Shown here in pieces: positions 48,566 through 57,228 of a DNA stretch of 64,000 nt. The stretch's first letter is position 1. The number at the start of each line of letters is the position of its first letter. The position numbers and the translations under genes are program-made. The notes under the pieces are model-generated. The model was not told the DNA's origin and searched no databases. It was given only the letters and a program-made list of their open reading frames with translations. The stretch is taken from the NCBI GenBank assembly GCA_964646765.1, contig CAZYIA010000001.1:341621-405620 (forward strand), written 5' to 3'. This stretch comes from an uncultured Candidatus Saccharibacteria bacterium. GTDB lineage: Bacteria; Patescibacteriota; Minisyncoccia; Phycocordibacterales; UBA9973.

Positions 48566-51214
48566 TTATAATAATTCTTTTTCAAAAGTTTCTCCAAAAA
48601 GATTTTCATCTCCATTGTTGTAAAAAGGCATACCCCAGACAGTGTATTTTCTATCCTCCCAAAGCTGTTCAATTTTATGTTCTTTTTTAAGGGATACCAA
48701 GAAGTTTTGCTTCCAAGCATCTGCTTGTTTTAAGTGATTTCCTTTTGGTTCTACAAACACCTGATAGTGAAGACTCTTTGGTTTTGCTTTTTGATATAGG
48801 AATAGTACGAAATCCGGTTCCAGTGGTCTTCCATCATCAAAGTTATAGAGTTTGAAAAATCTTTCGTTACGAACCAAGTAAACTTCATCATATTTTTCAC
48901 GAAGTTGGTTATAGATTTTATCTATATATTTTATGAAATACTTTTCTTCTGAAGTACCAAAGCAGTCATTGAATACATACCAAGATTTATTACTGAGGTC
49001 CAAATAAATACTAGTTTCCTGAGCATTATTAATTGATTTACCAAACTCCTTATCCTCACTTTCATTTTCAGCAAAATTAAGGACCTTTTCTGAAATTTTA
49101 TCCTTAATCATATAAGGTTTAAATTCCTTGCTTCCTTTATACTCTAGTTTTTCACTAGATACGCTCTTAGAAACCTGTTCTAGAACCTGTAAAACAGCGT
49201 CTAGGACATCATCAGGGCTTAAGGCTTCTAGTTGGCTAGATAAGCCTGAAATAGTCATCTTAAGGCTTCCTAGGTAGTTTTTATCAGTTATAAACTCATC
49301 TAAACTCTCAAGGTTCGGGAAATAAGTTTTAAGGTTTGAGAATGAGTAAAACTCAAGCTTATAGATAGCTTTTTTAACTACTGTTTTATTAAAATCTTTG
49401 ATAGAAAAATCTTTCTCCGCCTTGTTTACGCCTTTCTTTGTTTGTTCTTCAAATAGTCCGCTAGAGAGGTTAAATCCGGTTCTAAGAGAAACTCGGTAGA
49501 GAGTGTCTCTTACTGAAGACGGTAATCCGAAAACATCTTCTCTGGTATATTTTTGTTGTTCATTTAAGAAAAGCATACCGGATTTATAGAATTTACTTTC
49601 TTTAAAATCATCTTTAATTTTAAAATCTCTTTTGACTGTCTTATCAGCAACAATACCGGTTTTTACTAGAGCAGAATTAAGCTCTTGAATGTATTTGGGG
49701 TTATAAGTACTGTGATAGTAAAGCTCCTCACAAATTCTCATTTCATTTGTTACATCTCCGTCAAATTTTCTCTTTGATGCTTGGTCAGTCTCATTAAGTT
49801 TAAATGGACAGTATCTAGCACCACGCCCAATAAGTTGAGCTTCTTTTATAGTTGTTTCTCCTGGTTTATTGTTTTTTGCATCACGAGTATCATAAAGACG
49901 AACAATATCAAAAAGATTAAGGACATCCCAACCCTCATTAAGTTTATCTACAGCGAAAACAGCTCTATACTCATTGTTGGGAGCTTCTAGGGTATTAATA
50001 GCTAATTGTTTCTCTTCACTTTCTTCCTTACTGTTTACTGAGATAGTTTTTTCAGCGGAAAAATCTTCCTTTAGTTCAGCTACTAAGTTCTCAAGTGTAA
50101 TTTTCTGAGTATCAAAATACTCAAACATTTTAACTAGGACCTCGTCTTTTGCATTAGCTTTAATACTACTTAATTTTTTAACAGTAAGTGCTTCTATTCC
50201 CTTAATAAACTCTTCTTGAAAGTCTTTACTATCAGCAATAGTCTTTGATTTGAATAACAGGACCGGTTTAATAACTTGTTTATTTCTCTCAAAAATCTTT
50301 CTACGATACTGACTGAGTAAGATAGCTTGTAATGCACGGTCAAAAAGGTCCGCATCAGCCTGAAGAACTTTTACATCTTTAGAATATCCATCTATACGAA
50401 ACTGCTTCAAAGGATAATCAAATACAAGTCTTTCAGCGTACTTCTTGGCTATGTTTGTATTAGTAAAATCAACAGTAGCGGTAAATTCTAAAAGTACATT
50501 CTGAGGGTTAGCATTAAAAATTCTGTTTACTGTACTTTCCCAAGAGATAATCTCTTCAGCTTCTTCTTTAGACACCTGACCGTTAATAGCCACACCACCA
50601 AACACATCGGTACGGAGACCAGCTTTTGTCTCAACATTTATATGGTGAGCTTCATCAGAAATAAGTACTATTTTCTTATCTTGAAAATCATCATAAGTTA
50701 GACTATTTTCCTGAGGATTTGTGAGTCTTGTATGAAGTCCTTGAATAGTAGAGAAGCAGATATTAATACAGTCATCATTACCGGCTTGGAAATTAGTTAC
50801 TTCTTTGAGAGTTATTTTCTTATCTCCCAAAGAAACATTCTTATTAAAAAGATATTTGATTGATGAGTCGTTGAAAAAATTATCTCGTGTTTTATCTATA
50901 ATATTTGTACTGTTTACGAAAAAGAGAAAGTTTCTATATCCTTGTTCATACAGATAGAGAATAAGACCAGCCATAATAAGTGTCTTACCGCTACCAGTAG
51001 CCATATGGAAAAGGAGTTGAGATTTGGCTGGTTTACCATCAAATTTTTCATTCCAGTAATTTAGGAAATACTGAAAAGCCCTCTCTTGATAAGGTCTAAT
51101 TTCAAAGTTCTGATTGAGGTTTTTAGTTATAAATTCAGGGACTGGAGTAGCTTCTATTCCACGCTTACCAAACTCAGACTCAAGTATTTTGTTTAATGTC
51201 TTAATCTCGTCCAT
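48566..51214 (-). CDS. res: Type III restriction enzyme Res subunit
   Basis: Helicase motifs I (HMATGSGKT) and II (LISDEAHH), a long C-terminal region, and 14-nt overlap coupling with the mod gene. Confidence 0.8.
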   Translation of the reverse strand: MDEIKTLNKILESEFGKRGIEATPVPEFITKNLNQNFEIRPYQERAFQYFLNYWNEKFDGKPAKSQLLFHMATGSGKTLIMAGLILYLYEQGYRNFLFFVNSTNIIDKTRDNFFNDSSIKYLFNKNVSLGDKKITLKEVTNFQAGNDDCINICFSTIQGLHTRLTNPQENSLTYDDFQDKKIVLISDEAHHINVETKAGLRTDVFGGVAINGQVSKEEAEEIISWESTVNRIFNANPQNVLLEFTATVDFTNTNIAKKYAERLVFDYPLKQFRIDGYSKDVKVLQADADLFDRALQAILLSQYRRKIFERNKQVIKPVLLFKSKTIADSKDFQEEFIKGIEALTVKKLSSIKANAKDEVLVKMFEYFDTQKITLENLVAELKEDFSAEKTISVNSKEESEEKQLAINTLEAPNNEYRAVFAVDKLNEGWDVLNLFDIVRLYDTRDAKNNKPGETTIKEAQLIGRGARYCPFKLNETDQASKRKFDGDVTNEMRICEELYYHSTYNPKYIQELNSALVKTGIVADKTVKRDFKIKDDFKESKFYKSGMLFLNEQQKYTREDVFGLPSSVRDTLYRVSLRTGFNLSSGLFEEQTKKGVNKAEKDFSIKDFNKTVVKKAIYKLEFYSFSNLKTYFPNLESLDEFITDKNYLGSLKMTISGLSSQLEALSPDDVLDAVLQVLEQVSKSVSSEKLEYKGSKEFKPYMIKDKISEKVLNFAENESEDKEFGKSINNAQETSIYLDLSNKSWYVFNDCFGTSEEKYFIKYIDKIYNQLREKYDEVYLVRNERFFKLYNFDDGRPLEPDFVLFLYQKAKPKSLHYQVFVEPKGNHLKQADAWKQNFLVSLKKEHKIEQLWEDRKYTVWGMPFYNNGDENLFGETFEKELL

Positions 51215-53108
51215 AGAATTTTTTATTCAAAGCTATGTCTTCTTTAGAGATTTTATATGTCTTATCTTCAATTTCAGAATAAGGTACATAGAGCATATTT
51301 TTGTCTAGGGTAGAGATTAAGAATTTTTGTTGGTCCTCAAATGAAAGACTCTCAAAATCTTTCTTAGTGGCATCAATTTCTTCAGGCTTTACTTTATAAC
51401 TCAAAAAAGCAGTCTTCTTCATTTCATCCCATACCTTAAGAAGTTCTTTTGTGTTTTTTGAGTCTTGGATTTTATCTACAAAAAGCTGGTTAGCTTGTGT
51501 TAGTTCAGCATAAACAAAACTACCTTTCTTTGCCTCTTTTATTACTCTGTATACTCTTTCTCTAGTAACTTTTTCTATGTAGTCCATTTGTTCACAGATA
51601 ATAAATTTTCTATTACCTTTATCTTCATCATTCAAGGCAAGTACAGCGTGTGCTGTTGTACCACTTCCACCAAAAAAGTCTAAAACAATGTCATCATCAG
51701 AAGTCATTATCTTTAAAGTATCAAGAACGGTGTATAAAGATTTTGGATAACTAAATAAATTACCCCCTAAGATTTTTTTGAGTAAGTTTGTGCCATTAAA
51801 TTCAGACTGATATTTTTTGTCTGTCCACACATTCTTATAAACCTGCTGTTCTCTTAGTTTGTGATAAATTACTATTTTATTATTTTCCTCTTTAGCAATG
51901 AAATAATCATCGTGATTTAATTCATCAAATGATTGCTTGATATTTTTCCAAGCCATTTCTTTACCGTTATTGGTAATAGGAAAAATCTCGTGATAACCTG
52001 ATTTCTTTTCAGAAGTTATTGTTTTTAAATCTTTGCTTACATAAATCGGATACCAGTTATTTGGCTTATTTTGTCTAGACCAAACTGTTCTGGCTCTTAG
52101 GAATGGCTCATATCTAAAACTACCATCATCATCACTTTCTGAGAAAGACTCTTTAACAGCCTCATCAATAGCAACTTGGTTAAATTCTGCTTGTTCAACA
52201 TTCTTTGCGTATACAAGCATAAATTCACTATTTGGAGAGAAAAATTTAGAAAGATTTCTACCTTTTGGATTATGTAAGACAGTTACAACTCCCACACGGT
52301 TTTCTCTACCAAAAATTTCATCGGCTAAAGCACCTAAATAAAATAATTCGGCGTGGTCAATGGCAATAGCAATAAATCCATCCTCAGTAATAAAATCTTT
52401 AGCAACTTCAAGCCTATTTTTCATAAAAGTAAGCCAGGTTGAATGTTTAAATGTATTGTTATATGCGAAAGTATCACCATCAGAACCTGTGTTGTATGGC
52501 GGGTCAATATAAACAAGTTTAACTTTTTGCTTATATTTATTTCTTAGAGAATATAGACTTAACAAATTATTTCCCTTAATAATCAAATTATCCTGAAGAC
52601 TTATTTCATTGACTGTTTTTGCTCCTTTTTCATCAAATTTTTTAAAGTTTGTAAGAACTTTTGGTTCAAGAAGTTTATCAATTTCGTCCGGTGCAAGTGT
52701 CTCATTCCAGAATATCTCCTCGCGATTTGCATCTTCCTGATTTTGTCCACCCTCAAGAATAGCGTCTTTATATGGAAAAGCTAAAACAACCTCATCGTTG
52801 TCTGTGAGATATTGCTTATCAGAAGTAAGACCTACTTTATTTTTGTACTCAGTAAAACTATCCGGCAAAAATTGTTTATTAGAAACAAAACTTTGAAATT
52901 TCGCTTTATCAAAAATAAGGACACCATCTACTTCCTGAAAGAAAGTTTTATTTAGGTCCTTTGAGGAACGGAGTATTTTAAGCAAATCAACATCAAGTTG
53001 AAGAGCAAGTTCAATAACTTTGTTTTTAGCAAGTTTACCGTCAATAACAAGACGGTCATCTTTTGAGAGTTTTTCTATAAGTTCTTGGTGTAGCTTCATA
53101 TAAAGCAT
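51201..53108 (-). CDS. mod: Type III modification methyltransferase Mod subunit (N6-adenine, beta-class)
   Basis: Motif IV VYIDPPYN precedes motif I DFFGGSGTT. Confidence 0.8.
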   Translation of the reverse strand: MLYMKLHQELIEKLSKDDRLVIDGKLAKNKVIELALQLDVDLLKILRSSKDLNKTFFQEVDGVLIFDKAKFQSFVSNKQFLPDSFTEYKNKVGLTSDKQYLTDNDEVVLAFPYKDAILEGGQNQEDANREEIFWNETLAPDEIDKLLEPKVLTNFKKFDEKGAKTVNEISLQDNLIIKGNNLLSLYSLRNKYKQKVKLVYIDPPYNTGSDGDTFAYNNTFKHSTWLTFMKNRLEVAKDFITEDGFIAIAIDHAELFYLGALADEIFGRENRVGVVTVLHNPKGRNLSKFFSPNSEFMLVYAKNVEQAEFNQVAIDEAVKESFSESDDDGSFRYEPFLRARTVWSRQNKPNNWYPIYVSKDLKTITSEKKSGYHEIFPITNNGKEMAWKNIKQSFDELNHDDYFIAKEENNKIVIYHKLREQQVYKNVWTDKKYQSEFNGTNLLKKILGGNLFSYPKSLYTVLDTLKIMTSDDDIVLDFFGGSGTTAHAVLALNDEDKGNRKFIICEQMDYIEKVTRERVYRVIKEAKKGSFVYAELTQANQLFVDKIQDSKNTKELLKVWDEMKKTAFLSYKVKPEEIDATKKDFESLSFEDQQKFLISTLDKNMLYVPYSEIEDKTYKISKEDIALNKKFYGRD

Positions 53109-53263
53109 TTTACCAAAAATTCTTTAATTAAGAAAGAAAATTTGCTATACTGAAAAAACAATTTAATAGACGACCTAACCCGATAGGAATTTCCTAGCGA
53201 TATGGTCATAAACACCGCAAAAGTATAAAAACCCCTTAGTCTAGGGTCACTTTTGCGGTCACA

Positions 53264-53620
53264 TTGGGAAACTGGTGTGGGTGGGTAATACCATCGTCCT
53301 GGCTAAGGGATTTTTGTATGGAAAATTCTATGTCAGGCTATAAATCCGCAAAAGTTTTTATGACAAAATATGATATTGGTTTAATGTTGATTATCTTTGC
53401 AATAGGTTTTGATTTAGTTTCTTTAAGAAAAGAGGTTCGTAGATTAAGTATCAAACTTATGAATAAATTAGATAAGCCAACAGAATTAGAAAAGCAAATT
53501 GAAGAGAGAAAAAAGAAACCTTATTTAACAAAAGAGGAATTAGATAAGGTTATGACTCCTGAGGAAAAAGAAATAAGAAAGAAATTATTCGGCAGTGAAT
53601 ATCCAAAAGAAATTGATTAA
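53264..53620 (+). CDS. Small membrane or coiled-coil hypothetical protein
   Basis: One TM helix and a K/E-rich C-terminus. Confidence 0.3.
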   Translation: MGNWCGWVIPSSWLRDFCMENSMSGYKSAKVFMTKYDIGLMLIIFAIGFDLVSLRKEVRRLSIKLMNKLDKPTELEKQIEERKKKPYLTKEELDKVMTPEEKEIRKKLFGSEYPKEID

Positions 53621-53621
53621 A

Positions 53622-54023
53622 TTAGAGGTTGTCTTTAAATTTATTTACAATTCTGTCAGAAAGAACATCATAATCTAATCCTCTAGTGAACATAGGTGGA
53701 AAATCGTAGAGGTCCGAAGTATCAAACCTAGCATTTGAACTCCAATCATTTTTAAACTTCCTTTCAAGTATCCAGGCTGTTGCTTTCCAATCTTTTTCTC
53801 CAGCTTTTTCAATGCGTTTGAGTAGTTTTTGTTTGTACTCAATCATTTTTTGACCCATTTGTTCTGAAAATTCTGAATTGTGTCTTTTCCATAAACAGAT
53901 GGTATCTTCAGAAATACCAGCAAGTAAGGCACAGTCACGCTGTGTCATTCCATTAGCTAAACCATCAAGAATTATTGCAACTCTTTCAGGTGTCATCTTA
54001 TAAGGTTTGTTAGTTTTCGCCAT
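53622..54023 (-). CDS. HTH protein resembling the N-terminus of phage terminase small subunits
   Basis: MTPERVAIILDGLANGMTQRDCALLAGISEDTICLWKRHNSEF. Confidence 0.45.
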   Translation of the reverse strand: MAKTNKPYKMTPERVAIILDGLANGMTQRDCALLAGISEDTICLWKRHNSEFSEQMGQKMIEYKQKLLKRIEKAGEKDWKATAWILERKFKNDWSSNARFDTSDLYDFPPMFTRGLDYDVLSDRIVNKFKDNL

Positions 54024-54119
54024 AGCAAATAAGTTTAATTACTTAATAATTGCTATTGCAGTAGCTCTTTACATTATATCAAAAAGTCGTGAAAAATGTT
54101 AAAGTAGACTTACTTTTCA

Positions 54120-55238
54120 ATGCAGAATACAACAGACAACAAAAATATACCTGACATAAACAAAACTCTTGTTGCCCCAAGTGTGGCACTTGTAATTGTT
54201 GGTAAAACTTCATTAAAAAAGAAGCGAAGAAAAAGAAAAAAGGATATAAAAGAGTACTTAAGAAGAAAAGCTGAAAAAGCACTCCGTAGAAAGAGAAGAA
54301 AAAAGTTAAGAGGTAAAAGACAAAGTCTGATACTAACCCCGAAGAAAAAGAACAGTCACACAAAAAAGTCAGTACCTGCTAATTTTTCTTTAGTAAATAA
54401 TACTGAAGAAGTTATTGGGTATTTTAAGGATGTTGGAAAAACTTTTGCTAATAGAGAGCAAGTAGCTTTTGACCTAGAGGGAGTTGAACAACTTTCACCT
54501 GATGCGATTGCTCTTCTTGTTGCAAAGGTTAATGATGTTAATTTTACACGAGGTCTAAATATGATTGGAAACAGTCCTCTAAAAGCGGAAATAAAGAAGA
54601 TATTTGATGACTCTAGATTTCTAGAACACGTGCAAGCCAGATATACTCCTCCACCAAATGAAAGTAATTTATTAATCCACCAAAAAACACAGAAAAAAGT
54701 TCATCCAGAAATTGCTAAACAAGTTGGAGAACTTGCGGTCCGGCATACTTTTAAAGATACAAGAAAGTTTCAGCCAATTTTTAAAATGATGATTGAGTGT
54801 ATGGCAAACACAGACAATCACGCCAACCTAAAATTAGAAGGTTTTTATGACTGGTGGATATTTACTTATTGTGACCCAGATACTAACATAACATCATTTT
54901 CTTTCTTGGACTTGGGTGTAGGTATCTTTAATAGTAATCCTGTTAATAGCTACAAGCAAAAATTTTTGAACACTATTCAATCTGCAACAGGTTTAAATGT
55001 GAGTAATAATTCAAAATTAGTTCCAAAGCTATTCTCTGGAGAAATATATACATCAAGAACTAAGGATAAAACTAGAGGACAAGGACTTCCTAGTCTTAAA
55101 GAATGTGCTGAGAACTCTCATATTAAAAATATGACAATTATCACAAATAATGTTAAAATAAGCTTACCTAGCTTAGTGACAGTTGAATTAAGTAATAAAT
55201 TTAATGGCACTTTTTTGTATTGGGAGTTACACCCTTAA
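54120..55238 (+). CDS. GHKL-family (histidine-kinase-like) ATPase with a highly basic N-terminal tail
   Basis: N-box ECMANTDNHANL, G1 box FLDLGVGIF and G2 box TRGQGLPSL. The N-terminus is KKKRRKRKKD...RRKRRKKLRGKR. Confidence 0.45.
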   Translation: MQNTTDNKNIPDINKTLVAPSVALVIVGKTSLKKKRRKRKKDIKEYLRRKAEKALRRKRRKKLRGKRQSLILTPKKKNSHTKKSVPANFSLVNNTEEVIGYFKDVGKTFANREQVAFDLEGVEQLSPDAIALLVAKVNDVNFTRGLNMIGNSPLKAEIKKIFDDSRFLEHVQARYTPPPNESNLLIHQKTQKKVHPEIAKQVGELAVRHTFKDTRKFQPIFKMMIECMANTDNHANLKLEGFYDWWIFTYCDPDTNITSFSFLDLGVGIFNSNPVNSYKQKFLNTIQSATGLNVSNNSKLVPKLFSGEIYTSRTKDKTRGQGLPSLKECAENSHIKNMTIITNNVKISLPSLVTVELSNKFNGTFLYWELHP

Positions 55239-55576
55239 TTAATATGGAACAGATTAAAATCATAGTTGCGACAGAATTCTCAGATGCACCTGGTGCAAGG
55301 TTTATTTCCGATGGAGAAAATTCAGGGGAACTTTTCTATAATACTTTACTGAAAGATAGGTTTACTGAGGCAAAAAATGCAAATACCAAACTCCTCATAG
55401 ACCTTGATAATACTTGGGGTTATGCTTCTTCTTTTATATCAGGTGCTTTTGGTAGACTAGCTGATGAATTCGGTAAAAATACTGCAATTAAACATCTTGA
55501 TATTAAATCAGATGATGACCCTACTTTGTTCCAAAAAATAAAAGATGAGATTAACAAGTCTAGTAATAATGCTTAA
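55220..55576 (+). CDS. Small partner protein of the GHKL ATPase (possibly STAS/DUF4325-like)
   Basis: It is 118 aa and overlaps the ATPase gene at the 3' end, which suggests translational coupling. It contains IIVATEFSDAPGARF...LLIDLDN. Confidence 0.35.
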   Translation: MGVTPLINMEQIKIIVATEFSDAPGARFISDGENSGELFYNTLLKDRFTEAKNANTKLLIDLDNTWGYASSFISGAFGRLADEFGKNTAIKHLDIKSDDDPTLFQKIKDEINKSSNNA

Positions 55577-56165
55577 ATCTATTGGTAAACATCTCCATAC
55601 AATCATTATCTGGATACTCATTTTTCTAGGTGGATTTGTTGCTGGAAGAATAGTTAAAGATATTCCATATTTAACTCTTGAAACAAAAGTTGGCATAGGC
55701 GATATTGCAAATTTTGTCATTGCGACTGTGGTTGCTGTGCTTATCCCTGTATCGCTAAGTCCTATTCTTAAAAACAAAAGAGTTATTAAAGACTTTCTTA
55801 TTGATGAGGTAAAAGACTGTATTGATTTCCTAACCTCAATTAAAGCATCTGTAGATGATATGGCTATTAGAGGAAGTAGCGAGGAAAGTGACCGTGTGAA
55901 AATAAATTCAATGATTGCTCAAGACTTAGGAATGAAAATCGGCTCTCTCGCAGAACAGCTTGAGGTATCTTTCAAAAATAAGTGTCCTGAAATCAAAACA
56001 GCTCTTACTGAGAGATATGGCGAATATTGGAGAGAAATGACTGGTGGTGACCTAATGTCACAGAATTTCACATTCAGTCTTGGTTTTCGTGCTACACACG
56101 ATAGAAATTACGCTAAATTACAGGCTTGTCTAAAAAAGACAATACACGAGATAAATAACTTTTAG
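55569..56165 (+). CDS. Membrane hypothetical protein
   Basis: Two to three N-terminal TM helices. The start was set at an internal Met to limit overlap. Confidence 0.35.
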   Translation: MLKSIGKHLHTIIIWILIFLGGFVAGRIVKDIPYLTLETKVGIGDIANFVIATVVAVLIPVSLSPILKNKRVIKDFLIDEVKDCIDFLTSIKASVDDMAIRGSSEESDRVKINSMIAQDLGMKIGSLAEQLEVSFKNKCPEIKTALTERYGEYWREMTGGDLMSQNFTFSLGFRATHDRNYAKLQACLKKTIHEINNF

Positions 56166-56336
56166 TTTATATTTTCCTCTATTATTGCCTTTCGCACTTC
56201 GTCCCAAGTTCGGAGCTCTAATTTGACTAAATATTTTTTCGTGTTAAAGTGCGATTGAGCGCTGTTTTTTGATACATGTTTTATGGTTGCCAGAAGAGGC
56301 AATTCCCTTTTGTGGTAACCATAAAACTATTAGAAG

Positions 56337-56846
56337 ATGAACTTATCAAACCCGATCACCACTGTTGATGCAATGGCAGATTTTATTTGGGATTTCAAAT
56401 TGTTATTAGAAATTGAACTTACGATAACAGAACAAAATCCCCATGAGAAGACAGCGGCTGCTATCCAAACTTTTACTAAGCTACACGAGGAACTTAATGT
56501 TATTTTTTTACCAAAATCTACATCTACTACAGCCGGAGGATTTTTCTTACCTGCAGATATGGAGTTCCCTGCTGAAGCAACTGAAATTCTCTCTCAAATG
56601 CAGAAGACAATTAAAGATGCCGAATTTAAGGGACTAAACGTATTTGCACTTATTAAGAATAAGGGTGTCATGGAAGGATATCAAAGCCCTCCTGGCTGTC
56701 ACCGACACAAGTGCCCAAAATGCAATACCATCTGGGAACACAGCGACTCTCCGTGGCAATTTTGGAAAACTCATAATTGCCCTAACTGCGGCACAAAACA
56801 GTTATATCGATACTTTGGACCAGAACAACCTCATCTGTGGGCGTAA
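56337..56846 (+). CDS. Zinc-ribbon hypothetical protein
   Basis: C-terminal CHRHKCPKC...HNCPNCG. Confidence 0.4.
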   Translation: MNLSNPITTVDAMADFIWDFKLLLEIELTITEQNPHEKTAAAIQTFTKLHEELNVIFLPKSTSTTAGGFFLPADMEFPAEATEILSQMQKTIKDAEFKGLNVFALIKNKGVMEGYQSPPGCHRHKCPKCNTIWEHSDSPWQFWKTHNCPNCGTKQLYRYFGPEQPHLWA

Positions 56847-56863
56847 AGCCAACACTTACCTTA

Positions 56864-56900
56864 CCGGTATGCACCATGTTTATGGAGCATACCGGTTTTT
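56864..56900 (+). terminator. Intrinsic terminator
   Basis: CCGGTATGC-(loop)-GCATACCGG-TTTTT. Confidence 0.55.
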
Positions 56901-56920
56901 CTCTGAGAGAGCTGCTTGAC

Positions 56921-56941
56921 GTATACCCCCTAGGGGTATAC
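56921..56941. promoter_or_regulatory. CsoR-type operator palindrome overlapping the putative csoR promoter
   Basis: GTATACCCCCTAGGGGTATAC lies between a TTGACG -35-like hexamer at 56915 and the csoR start. Confidence 0.5.
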
Positions 56942-56960
56942 GATGTTTCGTATGAAATAC

Positions 56961-57227
56961 ATGGAGGAAAAAACAAAAGCGAAATTAATCAAGCAACTTA
57001 AACGCATCGAGGGTCAAGTGCGCGGGCTACAAAAACTTATTGATAATGACACCTATTGTATCGATATCATCACTCAAACTTCTGCCGTGAAGCAGAGTCT
57101 TTCAAGTGTTGAAGATACCCTTCTTGAAAACCACTTAGGTCATTGTGTACACCACCAAATGTCTTCTGGTCAGGTCGGAAAAGCAAAGGAAGAAGTACTC
57201 AAAGTTTATAAACTTAAACGAAAATAA
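56961..57227 (+). CDS. csoR: Copper-sensing transcriptional repressor of the CsoR/RcnR family
   Basis: LKRIEGQVRGLQKLIDNDTYCIDIITQTSAVKQSLSSVEDTLLENHLGHCV. The start was set at MEEKTK. Confidence 0.75.
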   Translation: MEEKTKAKLIKQLKRIEGQVRGLQKLIDNDTYCIDIITQTSAVKQSLSSVEDTLLENHLGHCVHHQMSSGQVGKAKEEVLKVYKLKRK

Positions 57228-57228
57228 T

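Larger units (their letters stand above)
45250..56900. mobile_element. Putative genomic island integrated at the tRNA-Asn 3' end. It contains a serine integrase, a Type III RM system, an AT-rich noncoding block and uncharacterised cargo. The right boundary is uncertain.
   Basis: The integrase overlaps the tRNA. GC content drops markedly across about 47.0-56.3 kb. A restriction-modification system and an HTH of the phage terminase-small-subunit type are present. Confidence 0.45.

Noticed and set aside
56170-56240. A degenerate tRNA-Asn 3'-like stretch, GTCCCAAGTTCGGAGCTC, as the island's attR
   Set aside because: Only about 12 of 17 positions match the tRNA. This is too weak to call a boundary, and serine integrases need no long direct repeat.
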